A DNA stretch of 64,000 nt from Octopus sinensis (GCF_006345805.1 NC_042997.1:153450001-153514000); one strand, 5' to 3'. Shown: positions 22,347 to 36,329, numbered from the stretch's first letter. Numbers and translations are program-made. Notes: generated by a model not told the origin, from the letters alone.

Positions 22347-24245
22347 GTTAGTTTATGTTACTGATACCACCGATAATTAACCATTTTCATTTCAGCTATA
22401 AATCTGAAGGATTGAGCTTATAGAAATGATCTCTTTCTGCTTCCTCTTCCTTCCTCGTTTTTGTCTGCTCTCACTACCTCCATCTTTCTCTCTCTCTCTC
22501 TCTCTCACTTCTCCCCTCCTCTCTCTCTCTTTCTCTCGCTTTCTCTGACTCTCCTTTTCTTTCTCTGTTTATAAATGATCATCGAAAAGCAGATAATAAT
22601 GAGATATGGACCAAAATCTTTTGTGAATAGACTAAAATTCTATCAGCTTCCTCTCTCCTCCGAAAAGATTTATGCAGGTTATGTTAAGTACAGTATTATA
22701 AATATCATTGTATAAATAGAAACCATTTCTATTTTCTTCGAAACCTTAAATACAGATGAAAGTCATACTAATGTTACTGAATATTAACAAATATAACATT
22801 TATCTATCTGTCTAGCTAGCTAGCTGTCGGTAGACACTTACACGCACACTTATATGTATAAAACCAACGTATTAAAGAAGTTACAAAAATGCAGATAAAG
22901 CGTTTAATATAAAAAAGAACAGTAAGAAAGATATTGAAATGTTATCTTAGAAATCTTTAATTAGTCCTGCTATTTCTAGCAAAATACTCTTTCCGAAAGT
23001 GAACAAGAGATGCAGAGAAATGAAGTACATCTCCGTTTGGTTTACGTAGTAAATTATTGACTGATATTCGAAAGACCCAATATGAGTGTGTGAGTGTGTG
23101 CGGGGGAAGAATGTGCGCGCTCGCGTTTATTACGGGTTTTGTATTGCATCAGTGTAACGTTTGTGAGATGTGTTAAGTATTGTGATGTATGATGATAATA
23201 AGCAGTACCGTCGTGGTCAGCTTTACTTAAATTTATTCAAGATCGATAGATTAAAGAACCAGTCAAGCTCAAGGTCGATTTAATCGAATATACTCGTCAC
23301 AAAATGCAAAGGTTTCTGCTTATGTTAGATGCCAACATTGAGAGAAATCATGATGAAGCTATGCCGCAACATGGTCTCAGTTCTCGGTAGGCGCAAGTTC
23401 TCTTCACGCACGCTGCTGTATCTTTTAAAGTGCATATGACATTTTGCAAAGACCCCGATTTTGATGACGAAAGAACGAGAGATGTTGTGATTCATTGATT
23501 ACTATAATAGTTAGCAGATCGAACTAAGATATCGAGTTATTCTCAGAGAAAGTAACTGGCCCATACGCTTGCAACAGATACCGCTAAAGACACTCAAGAG
23601 CGAGACAGTGCTGTTAAGGTGAGTAACGGACAAAGTGAAACATGGAAGAGACAGAAATAGATTGAAATAACGGAGAGTAGTAGTAATTATATTGAAGTCT
23701 CGGTAGACAAAATGTATGTTTGCAACTGTTAACTAGGTAAAGAAACAAATTTTTGTTAACCTCTAGTTATAAGTGTTATAAATTACATAATGACAGTAAT
23801 ATGAATATTGATGGTATTTTCGACAATGTATATAAAGCAAAGCAAAATGGTGGACGACAGCTGACGGAGTGAGGACATACAGGGTGCAAGCAGAATATAG
23901 ATAATGGTATGATCGATAAATCTGTGTGTGAGAGTCATCTAAGCCACATTATATATGATATATGTTCTATTGAACTATTATTATACTTATAAGGTTGAAA
24001 ATTTCAGGCATTTATTTTTGGAAAATATTTGTTACTTTCGCTTCTAATATAAACAAATTGTAAACCGACGAAAATGTTCAAACGCAACACAGTGTTTTGT
24101 GTAAAATATGACTTTCTGACTCTAATCACAAAGAAAGACTATTTGAATTCAGAATTATGGGAAATAAAATTTCTCATACTGGCAAAAGACCAAAAATTTG
24201 CAAGACAGAAGTGTAGTGAAATACATGACAATGGTTGCAGTAGTG

Positions 24246-24480
24246 CAGTAATCCCTCGAATATCACGGGTGTTATGTTCCAGAACCTCCAACCGAAATAA
24301 TTATAATCTAAGCAAATATGAATACCTATCGCCTGCAAAAACCCGGATATACTGAGAAGTCCGCAATATAAATTTACATATATTAGCGACAAAAATCCAC
24401 GATGTACTGAGTGAGCGATATGTGAACCGCGATGTACTGAGTGCGTGATAGGTGAACCGCGATATGGCGAGGGATTATTG
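24246..24480. mobile_element. pogo/Tigger-like MITE
   Basis: TIRs CAGTAATCCCTCGAATATCACGG / CCGCGATATGGCGAGGGATTATTG; internal tandem duplication of about 30 bp. Confidence 0.7.
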
Positions 24481-24775
24481 TCTATGAATATAGTTGGTAC
24501 AACGTAATTAACCCAAGTACAGGACGAGTTCATATTTTAGTGCCTTCTTCTTCCCCTATTTTAATAGCATTAAGAAATAGAACGTTATAAAGATTTCTAA
24601 AATATACATAAAAGTCTAAAATTACGGTGCAGTCATATAATCGATTAAAGCAACCGTAATACTTGATTGACCCTTCAACTTCTCCACCATGAAAGATGAA
24701 AGACAAATTTTCCCTTGACGCATTTGAATGGAGAACGTAGAAGATCATAACTAAATATCGCAACGAATTTTCTTT

Positions 24776-24779
<4 letters not shown>

Positions 24780-24817
<38 letters not shown>

Positions 24818-25229
24818 ATATATATATATACATACATATATATATTCATAAATACGAATTTATTCAAACACAAATATACATACACATATACATTTCTACA
24901 TACATATTATACATACGTATATATATATATACGTATGTATATATATATATATTATATATATATATATATAAGGACATACATGCGTATATATATACATACA
25001 TATACATATATATATATATACATATATATATATACACATACATATATATACATACATACGTATGTATATATATATATATATATATAAGTTCAGCAAAATT
25101 TAGATTCAGATGAATATGGTACTTAAGTCAGTGGCACCAGAATTTTGTATGGTATTATCCATATAAATCCATGGGGTGCTTATTTTGAGTATATATATAT
25201 ATATAATATATATATATATAATATATATA

Positions 25230-25271
<42 letters not shown>

Positions 25272-25430
25272 AGAGAATTCACGAAAAAAGAACAAAAGAG
25301 ATTCCAAAATGATTCCAAAATTTTAAAAAAACGGCAGGAGCTTAGTTGCCAACCCAATATATGTATATATATATATATATCTATATATATATATATTATA
25401 TATATATATATATATATATTGATAAAAATA
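24780..25430. repeat. (TA)n/(CATA)n fields with an embedded mariner TIR remnant (about 25320-25358)
   Basis: Direct reading; CTTAGTTGCCAACCCAATA resembles a mariner TIR. Confidence 0.8.
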
Positions 25431-26027
25431 GTAAGACAACAAACGAATGAAACAGACCTCAATATTATGAAAATAGAGGAATTTATAAGCAATAATCCTG
25501 TAATATAGAAGCAATAAATATTTAAGCAATAAACCTATATATTGCTTATATATTTTTTACACATAATATTTCTGCATTCTACCTTCTGCCGTGCATTTTC
25601 CCTGTGCGTATATAGACGTGTGCTGGTATGCGTGTATATAGGCGTGTGTGTGTGCGTATGTGCGTATGTGCGTATATAGACGTGTGTATGAACCTTTGTG
25701 GTGCGCGTGTGTGGGGGGGTTGCATATATATATATATATATGATATATGTGTGTGTGTGTGTGTCGAATGGTGCGGTTGAGAACGTGTACGTTTCAAGTG
25801 AGGGTTGATGAGTGTATGCTTTTAGGCGCATGCACGTGGTGTGCGGGCGCGCATGTGTAGGTATAAACATGCGCGCTTACGTGAATACTATGAACTTTTT
25901 TACCCCCTTACTTTTACTCACTCCCCTCACTTAGCGGTCATTCAAATAGCTCTTTTGTCTTAATAACGGTCAATCACACAGTAATTTCCCTTTGTATAAC
26001 GGTCATTTTTCATAGCATTTTTCCGTT

Positions 26028-26098
26028 GGCCGGATCACTGAAGATATAGCGGCGTGGATTTCCACCTCGGCACCCGAAACTCGGAGTTTTATCATGGC
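26028..26098 (+). ncRNA. Degenerate type I hammerhead-like motif (Penelope pLTR remnant)
   Basis: GCCGGATCA-CTGAAGA...GTGGA(TT)TCCAC...GAAA-CTCGGAG-TT-TTATCATGGC: cores, near-palindromic stem III and stem I are in the right order, but the stem II base is unpaired. Confidence 0.5.
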
Positions 26099-26129
26099 TA
26101 CCGAATAATTGTCACATATTACATTTACA

Positions 26130-26153
26130 GATACATACATATATATATATATT

Positions 26154-26220
<67 letters not shown>

Positions 26221-26322
26221 ATATTTATATATATACATACATATATATATATACATACATATATATATACATACATATAAATACATACATACATATAAAT
26301 ACATACATATATATATGCATAC

Positions 26323-26375
<53 letters not shown>

Positions 26376-26510
26376 CATACATATAAATACATACATACAT
26401 ATATACATACATACATATAAATACATACATACATATATACACACACATATATATATATATACATACATATAGATACATATATATACCTACATATATATAT
26501 ATATATATAC
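26130..26510. repeat. (TA)n/(CATA)n microsatellite field
   Basis: Direct reading. Confidence 0.93.
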
Positions 26511-27559
26511 ATAGGGTCGTCGGTCAAAGCAGGGTCAACATTTTTGTTACGGAAGCTAGCAGTTTCCTCTGTATGCATGTTGCCTCTTACTTTGTCACCT
26601 GTGTTTATCCAAGAGAAATGCTGCCGACTCGCGCCAATGCAGCGCGTGACCAGTGTTGTTGCCACCAGCACGCAAAAGGCCGGAACAGACATCACAAGTC
26701 GTCTTTCCTGGTCATATAACAATTCTGTAAATCCACCTCTACTGATTGGAACCCAGCAAAAAAAAAGAAGAAAAACAATTTGAAAGGCAAGTTCAACGTC
26801 GTCGAAACTTGAACACAGGGCGTAGACATTAGGAACAAACACAACCATACATATCATCAAACGTTCTAATGTCCCTGCTAGTTCTCCGCCTATTGAGGCA
26901 AAGTGAGGCAAGAATGATTTTACTTTGTTTTGGTTTAATACAACAGTTGTAAGGTCAAAGCTTTTATACCATTGTATGAAACAAAATATGTTACATATTT
27001 ATTGACTGACGTAGACTGCAAAGCGAAAGGGTTTCGAAAGAAATTGAGAAGCTGTTGTGATTTAGTCCGTGGTCTGTTTTGACAGGTCAGATTTTTGGTC
27101 AAAAGTTTTCAGCTGTTTTCACTCTTTCTTTCAAGTATTGTTTATCTAGAATTCAATCTTTCCTTGTGCTCGTGACTTTTCAGGATAGTCGGCATATAAT
27201 TTTTGGTTGATTTACGGTGTTATTTCTAGATGTTTGAAAAGTGGAACATAGAACTGATATCAAACAGCAAAACATTTGTTTTATTGTTCAACTCAGTAAT
27301 CGCTGGCATTAATGTGATAACATGAACAAATAATACCTAACCTCTTGTTGTTCAGTCTTATCAAACATATCTATGATAAAAAAAAAAGCATTTTAGCTGT
27401 GACTAGCCAGCTTTTTAGACTTAAATAGCTAGAAAAACAGTATATAATACGTCATTTCCTGTTTTAAGACAATAAAGTGATATTTAAGAAAGATTTTGAT
27501 TGCTATTCTTGGCAGTTGAAGACACTTCATAGAGGTCCTTACATTGGCTAGTATTTAAT

Positions 27560-27730
27560 CTTTTATTGCTGATGTTTAGCTTCAGGCAATCCTTGATTCA
27601 GCAGACTTATGATCCAAGATATTTGAGCCATTCGCAGAATATAACTGATAATCTCGTTCTTTTATAGCACAGTGTATCTAGGACTACATTATCCTTTGTA
27701 AGATGGTAGGAAGAGAATGGAGATAGATTT
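27560..27730 (+). repeat. Unclassified interspersed repeat (related copies near 1680-1880, 28760-28980, 45645-45800)
   Basis: Partly shared, decayed motifs such as ...CAGG(T/C)AA...ACATT(C)CA(G/A)CC... and ...TTTAAGA...GTGATTTGA...GCT(A/G)TT(A)TTTCT; similarity judged by eye. Confidence 0.4.
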
Positions 27731-29171
27731 GTGACAGGTCAAACGGCTACGTGAAGACGTCCTCGTTGACGTGTACCTAATAACTTTATTTTCAAGATAA
27801 GCAGGCGTTGTAAATCTTTGAGCTGCAAATACGAAAAAATTCAGAGTCAAAGTACGAAGTAAATTCTATGGATTAAATAATCAACTTTCCTTATATTGAT
27901 TTTTATCTATGTATACCTGTCCCATATTTCTTAAAAGCTGAATTCAAAACATATTTATATATGATATTAAAAGTGTTCGAGTTTAATGAGGATTTACTCG
28001 TTGTTATGGATTTATTTTAACAATTGCACACCAAAAGTAAATCAACTTGTAACATAACGAAGATAACTGATTTAAAAACATTGGGACACCGTCATATATT
28101 TAGTGGGAGAAATATAATCAACATATCGACTCCAGGATTTGACTGGCATTTTATTTTAGTGACATCTGAGAGAAGAGAAAACGAAATTGACCCCTCGGTT
28201 GGATCACAGAAAGTATAAAGGACATTCTGATCACATCTGTATCTCCTAATCTACCAGTTAACTTTCGATCTTTCAGAGCTAAGTATGACTTATTTTATTA
28301 AGGAAGAGAAACATGACGCAACGCGGAATCCTTTACATGGTTCTCGGTCTGTTAGAAATAGTAGTAACATCTTGAAATCAAATCTACAGTCTTTAAAAAA
28401 AGATATAAAAATAATTTGATAATGTCTGCCGCTCAACAACAACAACGACGACGACGACAACGAAACATACGAGTGCTTCTTCATAATCACTATGTCTGTT
28501 AGAATTAACCGGATGTTCCTCTAATGACCTGAAATAAGGAGGTAAACTATATAGCCATAATACACTATAGATAATAAAAGGAACTTCAGCCAAAGCCGTC
28601 TTGTATTTTTCTTGCATAGTGTACCTAGGAATATAGTATGCAATATGTCTTCTTATAACACACCAGGATATGACTTAAGTGGAAAGTTTTGCTTTTACAT
28701 CTAACACGTTTAGTGACCGCAAATCATGGTATTTCGTTGTGTTTTTGACGTGTTATCGTTATTTCTGCTCTTGTTTAGTCCCAGGTCAACACCTGTCAAG
28801 TATTACTATGTTCAGAATACATTCCAGCTGTAAACATCGCGACTTTCACGTCGTTCAGACAAAATGATAGTACTATAGCACTATTAAATGTTCTTTTTTT
28901 TTTTTTGTTTCTTTTAAAGATGTAACGATGTGATTTGAAAGTGATTTAGCTGTTATTTCTTGCAGCTGGAGAGAAGAGATAGATAGTCTACTCGCTCTTT
29001 TCGATATACAATTATAATCTCGAGTGTTTCAGTGCATCTAGCTGTCGGGAATGCGTACGAAAGCAGACTGGTCCAAACGCATTTAAGAGTGAATAAATCC
29101 CTTCATGCTTTGTTAATCGATTTCAACTTACAACAAGCTTACATCAAGTAACGTTTATGTACCTGTATGTA

Positions 29172-29203
<32 letters not shown>

Positions 29204-29510
29204 GACACAGGTAGTCTATGCATGTGGCCACTCAAAATTCTGTGATAAATCAGTTACAAGGTGAAATTACTATTCAGTCTCGAGCAAATCCCATTATTTG
29301 CACGCAAGTTTAAACATACAGATCTAGATATATACATATACGTATATATGTATATATACATGGCTCTCAACCTCTCTCTCTCTCTCACTCTCTGTACACA
29401 CACCCACATACACACACTCGCACACACACACACACACACGCACACACACACATATATATATAGATATATAGATATATATATATATATATATATATAAATA
29501 TAGATATATA

Positions 29511-29639
29511 GATGTGGCTGTGTGGTAAGAAGTTTGCTTCCCAAACAATATGGTTCTAAGTTCAGTCCCGCTGTATGGCACTCTGGGCAAGTGTCTTTTA
29601 CCAAAACTTTGTGAGTAGATTTGGTAGAGGGAAGCCCGT

Positions 29640-29688
<49 letters not shown>

Positions 29689-29860
29689 TGCGTGTGTGTG
29701 TGTGTTTGTGTGTATGTTTGGTAATCGGTGTTGATGTCATTGCGTCCCCGAAGGACAAGTACCAAGCATAAAAAATAATTAATGCGGTGGATTCGTTCGA
29801 TTAAAATTCTTCAAGGTGGTGCCCCAGCATGGTCTCAGACTGACTACTGAAACAAGTAAA
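29511..29860 (+). mobile_element. CORE-like tRNA-derived SINE with internal (GT)n and a CR1-like 3' tail
   Basis: GGCTGTGTGGTAAG (A box), AGTTCAGTCC (B box), GGGCAAGTGTCTT (CORE-like), tail GGTGGTGCCCCAGCATGG...CTGAAACAAGTAAAA. Confidence 0.8.
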
Positions 29861-30039
29861 ATATATGATTATATGTATATATACATATTTATGCGTGTGT
29901 ATATGTGTATATATATATATATGGTGAATATGTATATTTATGAAAAAATAAACACAAAACCACAACCCTTAAAAATTTACTTTCCCTTCGGTCAACACAA
30001 TTTGTCATAAAAACATGCATTGAACACATTGTCTTAAAT

Positions 30040-31380
30040 CTCATTTTTTTATACTTCTTTTATATTCAAAATTTTTATAAAGTTCTTTTTTAATATAAAA
30101 TATGCTCTCCTTCATTTTCTACAATGATCTTCCACCTATCTGGCGGACCTGCAAGGAACCCTTTTCCAAAATTCACTTGTCTGTGACGAAAGATACTCCT
30201 CTAGTACTGTTCTAACCTCGTCTACAGAATTCATATTTTTTCCGTCTAAATGATTTTGAAGGCAGGTGAATAAATGATAATCAGATTGAGCAATATCCTG
30301 TGAATATGGTGGGTGGGGCATCGTTTCCCATTCAAACTGCTGCAGCCTTTGGAATGTCATCCTCACTGTATGTGGCCGAGCATTATCCTAATGGAAGAAC
30401 ACCCTTCGTCTTGAAACCAAAGATGGTCATTCTTCTTCTAACGCTGACTTAAGCCGCTCAGACTGCTCGCACTACATCTCCTTTGTTATCGTTTGGTTTA
30501 AGTCTAAATGTCCAAAGAGGACTAAACCTTTCATATCCCACCAAACAGATAACGACGCCTTACGTGGGTGAAGACCTACTTTAGCCTGGGGTGCTGGTGT
30601 TTCTCCTTTCCCTATCCAATCTTCGGCGCTTGACATTTTTATAAAGAACCCAATTTCTCGTCAGCAGTCACTTTTCTGTTCAAAAAAGATTCATTCGTGA
30701 GACGTGACAGCAAAGAAGCGCACACATTCACTCTGCGCACGATTAGACTCGGAAAGTTTCTGTGGAACTCATTGACCCAATTTGCTGACTTTTCCGATGG
30801 CATGTAGGTGTCGATGAATGGTCGAATGACCAAATCCAAGCTTCTCAATTTGTTCCTCCAGTGTTTGCATGTGGGTATCGATGAATGGTCGAATGACCAA
30901 ATCCAAGCTTCTCAATTTGTTCCCCCAGTGTTTGCATGTAGGTGTCGATGAATGGTCGAATGACCAAATCCAAGCTTCTCAATTTGTTCCCCCAGTGTTT
31001 GCAGGACGTCCTCGTCGAGCTCTACAAATTTTCCAGGACGAGATTCGTCTTCTAGGCTTGTAGTTTCCGGCTCGGAATTTCTGGAACCGCCATTGACACT
31101 GATTTACGTTTATTGTCCGATTCCCATATACGGCATTAATATTTCTCGCAATTTCCGTTCCGTTGTTGCCTTTATTAAACCCATAAAACAAATTATTCCG
31201 AATATGCTCCCTTGTTACTTCCATTATAGCTTTAAAAAAAATACCTGTTAAAATCGAACTGACTCTTCAAAACATACACTAAGAATTAAAACAAGGTAAA
31301 ATAACTACCCGTTGATTCAGGTAGTTTATCCTGCGTCCTCATGAAATTGAAAAAGACATTATTTAAGGGATGACTCAATA
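30040..31380 (-). mobile_element. Mariner (DD34D) transposase pseudogene
   Basis: MEVTREHIR...(HTH), RVNVCASLLSRL..FLNRKVTADEK, HPPYSQDIAQSDYHLF; TIR-like TATTGAGTCATCCCTTAAATAATG ending at 31380; internal 67-bp x3 duplication at 30801-31001. Confidence 0.9.
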
Positions 31381-32149
31381 TATGTATACATATCTGTGCA
31401 CACACCACCACCCCCATATATTTACTACATACACACAAATGTAGAGTGTTTGAAAATATCTACTAAGGAACAGTGCCGACGTTATAATTACTTAATCATT
31501 CACGAGAATGAAATGTTGAAGTTACAAGTATAAACAACTTCAATATCCTCTAGCAACGCATATATTTACAATATGATCATCAACTGTTTTTTTCTCGTTT
31601 TCGAATTTGTTATAACAGACGACAGTTACGTTGAACGTAACTACCAGATAAGAGCGAGGCTCTCGATGATGATTGTACTGATGCGAGTTATCAGTGTCCG
31701 AGTGGATTGAATAAGAAATAATTGGAATTCTATAAATTGAAGTGTTTCGTTAAGTAATATCTACCTACCTGTCTGTCAGCCTACACACATGCACAGGTAT
31801 AGCTGTGTGGTTCATAAGTTCGTTAAGCATCCGTGTTACTTTCAGGTTCAGTCTCAGTGCGTGTCACTTTAAGTGTTTTCTCTCGTACCTCCTGATCGAC
31901 TTACGATGCGTAAATGAATTTGGTAAACAAAATCTGCACGGCAGCCTGTGTATATATATGTGTGTGTGTGTGTGTGTTGGGTATGTGCGTGCTAGTTTCT
32001 CTGTGTGTTTTGTGTCGGCAAAAAAGGGACCAGTGGAATAACCACCAGACTTAAAATAAGCGTTGAAATCTATTTGATCGATTGAATCCTGCAATGTGAC
32101 ATTCCAGAATTGTTGCAGTCCAGTAACTGAAATAAAACAACAAGTTAAA

Positions 32150-32228
32150 CACACATACACACACACACATACATACATACATGCATACACACACACACAC
32201 ACACATACACACACACACACACACACAT

Positions 32229-32290
<62 letters not shown>

Positions 32291-32310
32291 TCACATACAC
32301 ACACACACAT
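32150..32310. repeat. (CA)n-(TA)n compound microsatellite
   Basis: Direct reading. Confidence 0.95.
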
Positions 32311-32572
32311 GCACACTTTTATCTTGCATGAATCATTTGACTATCAAGTAAGCCATGAAAATATACTGAGTGTAAATGTAGAGTCAAGCTTTTGTTCTTT
32401 AATTTTGAAGTTGGAAGTGGCTTTAAAGTTTGTCCCCTCCTGTTTGTGAAACTTTTAGCCTAGACTGTTTGGAACATAATTCGTTCAATCAATTGATTAC
32501 AAAAGCAATATTACATTTATGAATTTGTGTTGCAAGATTCCTGATGAGAAACCGTGTGTTGAAACAAATATA

Positions 32573-32935
32573 GTTATATTTCAGGATGGTATTTTTTTCT
32601 TGTTTTTTGCCAAATAAACACGCGTACTATATATTCGTTCTTCACTCGTTTATTACTGTTATTTTATCTTATGTCCATTGTCCGGAAATCTTTTGTCACA
32701 CATATGTGGCCTCTTTGGTGACCTTTCCGTCTACATGTATCCTCCTCCGTTTAGTACATTCTCAGGAGGATATACGTGGATGGAAAGGGTCGCTGAAAGG
32801 TCACAGATGTGTGACGAAAGATTTCCGGGCAATGGATATAAGATAAAATAAGAACAGTAATAAACTAGTGAAGAACGAATATATAGCGTGCGTGTTTATT
32901 TGGCAGAAGAAAAAATGACTATCCAGAAATATAAC
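32573..32935. repeat. Foldback element: imperfect inverted arms of about 172 bp around a 17-nt loop
   Basis: Arms 32573-32746 and 32764-32935 align with 18 substitutions and a few indels; a decayed CTGATGA...GAAAC motif lies just upstream (32541-32565). Confidence 0.9.
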
Positions 32936-33529
32936 AATAAAAAACGATATTATTTGGCAGGATACCATGATCGGATCTTTGAATCTGCTAGACGAATTGT
33001 AAAGTAGAAAAAATGAAATTATTAATATGAAGGAGGTATGCTAGATTTCACTCAAAACTAATAGATTCTAATTGTTTGATAAACAATTAGAAGCTTTCTG
33101 CGTGGGTTGAGATTGAAAAGGTGAAAAATTGTGTTTCATAGTTAAAAAGCAGACTGAAGCAAGACAAATCAAAGCGTTAGCAACAATGAGAAGCAAGAAG
33201 AGACAGGGAAGCCAGAGGATATCTGGTGGTGTGAGAAGTAAAACCAACAAATACGATACCGACAAATGCATGCAGACATGCCAAGACACAGAATTAGATA
33301 TGTGTGGGTATCCCTTATATTTTACTTTGTTTCAGTCATTGGACTGCGACCATACTGGGGTACCATCTTAAAAGATTTTAGTCTGGTACTCATTCTAACC
33401 GGTTCTTTTGTCGAACTTCTAAGTTACATACCTGTATACAAACCAACACCGGTGGAGGGCAGACACAGACATACGCACATTATGTATATATGTATGTATG
33501 TATGTACGTATGTATATATAAATATATAT

Positions 33530-33578
<49 letters not shown>

Positions 33579-33582
<4 letters not shown>

Positions 33583-33830
33583 ATCCAAACAAGAAAACAC
33601 AGAAAAAAAGAGAAAAAAAAGAGAAAAAACACAGCAACGCAGGACGTGGAACAATTAAAGTATTATTGACGCTCAGGAAAGAAAGGAAGGAGGGTTTAAC
33701 GTTTCGAGCGGAGCTCTTCGTCGGAAACAAGGAGAAGGAAATATCCCAAGGAGGGAAGACAGAGGAGAAAATATTTGAGCTGGTGGTGCTTAAGAGATCA
33801 CATGTTGAAAGAACAGAATTTGAAGGTAGT
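33579..33830 (-). mobile_element. Penelope pseudo-LTR remnant with minimal hammerhead (33694-33728)
   Basis: Minus strand GTTT-CCGACGA-A-GAGC(TCC)GCTC-GAAA-CG-TT-AAAC; 3' end abuts (TA)n. Confidence 0.7.
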
Positions 33831-34059
33831 TGAAATATGGTTTTATAATGCAAGAGAGTTCCAAAAAAAGGAATGCCTGTGTGTGTGTGTGTGGTGTGTG
33901 TGTGCAAGATGACAAGTGTGTTTGTGCGTGCGTGTGTGTATGTGTGTGTGTGTGTATTTTTGGTGAATAAAGGCAATGACAAAGCCAGCTGTCATGATGA
34001 CTACTAGCTGTTTGTGTCAAGCCAGGTCAAAGCCGGGTCAAAAAAACAAAGGGCTATAT

Positions 34060-34998
34060 GTATCATGTGTGTGTGTTGTTTGTAATGTGTGTGTGTGTGT
34101 GCATGTGTGTGTTCGTGTGTGTATGCGTAGAGTGTGGGTGTGTGGCGAGTAACTGTTTAACCTAGTACGTGTGTGCTTGTACGTGCGTGTGTGTGTGTAG
34201 GGATGTATATGTGGATTCATTTGTGTGAGAATGTATGTATGTACGTGTATGTGTGTGCGTGTATGTGTGCGTTTGTATGTGTTTGTGTGTATGTGTGCGT
34301 GCGCGGATAGGTGTATATTGTGTATGTATATCTGTCGGTGTGTATGTGAGTTTGTGTGTGTTTGTAGGTGTATGTGAGTGTATAGTATATATATATGCAA
34401 ATGTGTGTGTGTGCGTGTGTGTGTACGTGCGTGCGAGTGAATGTATATATGTGTGCGTGTGTGTACAATGTGGGGGCTTAAATGTGTGTTTATATGTGTG
34501 TGTATGTATGTGTGTATGTGTGTATGTGTATGTATGTATATGTATGCGTGTGTGTATGTATGTATGTGTGTATGTGTGTGTGTATGTGTGTATGTATGCG
34601 TGTGTGTATGTATGTATGTGTGTATGTATGTGTGTATGTATGTATGTATGTATGTATGTGTGTGTGTGTGTGTATGTATGTGTGTGTATGTATGTATGTA
34701 CGTGCGTATGTATGTATGTGTGTGTGTATGTGTGTAAGTGTGTGTGTAAATATGTATGTTTATGTATGTGTGTGTATGTATGTATGCGTGTATGTGTGCA
34801 TGTGTGTGTATGTATGTATGTATGTATGTATATATATATGTGTGTGTATGTGTGTGTATGTATGTATATGTGTGTATGTATGTGCGTATGTATGTATGTA
34901 TGTGTGTGTATGTGTGTAAGTTTGTGTGTATGTATGTATGTATGTACGTGTGTGTGTATGTATGTGTGTGTATGTATGTGTGCGTGCGTGTGTGTGTA

Positions 34999-35029
<31 letters not shown>

Positions 35030-36230
35030 ATATGTATGTATATGTATGTTTGTGTATGTATGTATCTATGTATGTATGTGTGTATGTATGTGTGTATATA
35101 TGTATGTATGTGTGTATGCTTGTGTGTATGTATGTGTGTGTGTATGTGTGTAAGTGTGTGTGTATGTAAGTGTGTGTGTATGTATGTATGTACGGGTGTA
35201 TGTGTGTAAGTGTGTGTGTATGTGTATATGTATGTATGTATATGTACGCGTGTGTGTATGTATGTATGTGTGCATGCGTGTATGTGTGCATGTGTGTGTC
35301 TGTATGTATGTATGTATATGTATGTGTGTGTGTATGTATATATGTGTCTATGTATGTATGTGTGTATGTATGTGTGTATGTGTGTGTGTATGTATGTGTG
35401 TGTGTATGTATGTATGTATGTAAGTGTGTGTGTGTATATGTATGTGCGTATGCATGTGTGTGTGTGTATGTGTATATATGTATGTATGTGTGTATGTGCG
35501 TGTGTGTACGTATGTGTGTATATGTATGTGTGTGTATGTATGTATATGTATGTATGTGTGTATGTATCTATGTATGTGTGTATGTGTGTGTGTATGTATG
35601 TGTGTATTTGTATATGTGTGTGTGTATGTATGTATGTATATGTGTGTGTGTATGTGTGTATGTATGTGTATGTGTGTGTATGTGTGTGTATGTATGTTTG
35701 TGTGTTTGTGTGAATGTGTGTGTGTATGTATGTGTGTGTACGTGTGTGTATGTATGCATGTATGTATGTGTGTGTATGTATGTGTGCGTACGTGTGTGTG
35801 TATGTATGTGTGTGTGTATGTATGTATGTATGTATGTATGTATGAATGTATGTATGTATGTGTGCGTGTGTGTGTATGTATGTATGTATGAATGTATCTA
35901 TGTATGTATTATGTGTGTGTACGTATGTATGTGTGTGTGTGAATGTATACGTGTGGGGGGTTTGGAGTTGTGTGGGCGTAAGGTACATGTGCGTGTGTGC
36001 GCTTACGTGCGTGTATCTGTGCGTCCCAGCTAGGTGTTTATAGGAGTGTGCGTATCTGTATGAGTATTGTCCCTGGTTCGTGTGCACGGGCATGTGTGTG
36101 TGTGCGCGTGGGTGTGTGTGGGTGTGTGTATGGGTGTGGAAGTATGTGTGCGTACATGTGCATGTACGTTGTGTGTGTGTTGGGAGTAGGTGTGTTCATG
36201 GGTACGTGAGTATGTGTGTGTGTGTGACTG
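34060..36230. repeat. About 2.2-kb degenerate (GT)n/(GTAT)n purine-pyrimidine tract
   Basis: Direct reading; generates the 643-aa and 417-aa His/Thr ORF artefacts. Confidence 0.97.
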
Positions 36231-36329
36231 CATAAGGACAATTATAAAAATAAAAAAAATTTAAAATAAATAATAATTAATAAAAAACAAATAATAATAA
36301 TAATAAATAAAAAATAAAAGATGCAGGGG

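Noticed and set aside
34038-36093. Very long ORFs (643, 417, 324, 287 aa) rich in His/Thr/Tyr or Val/Cys/Met
   Set aside because: Translations of (GT/GTAT)n repeats that lack stop codons by composition; the same applies to all YI/CV/HT/ER-repeat ORFs in the track.
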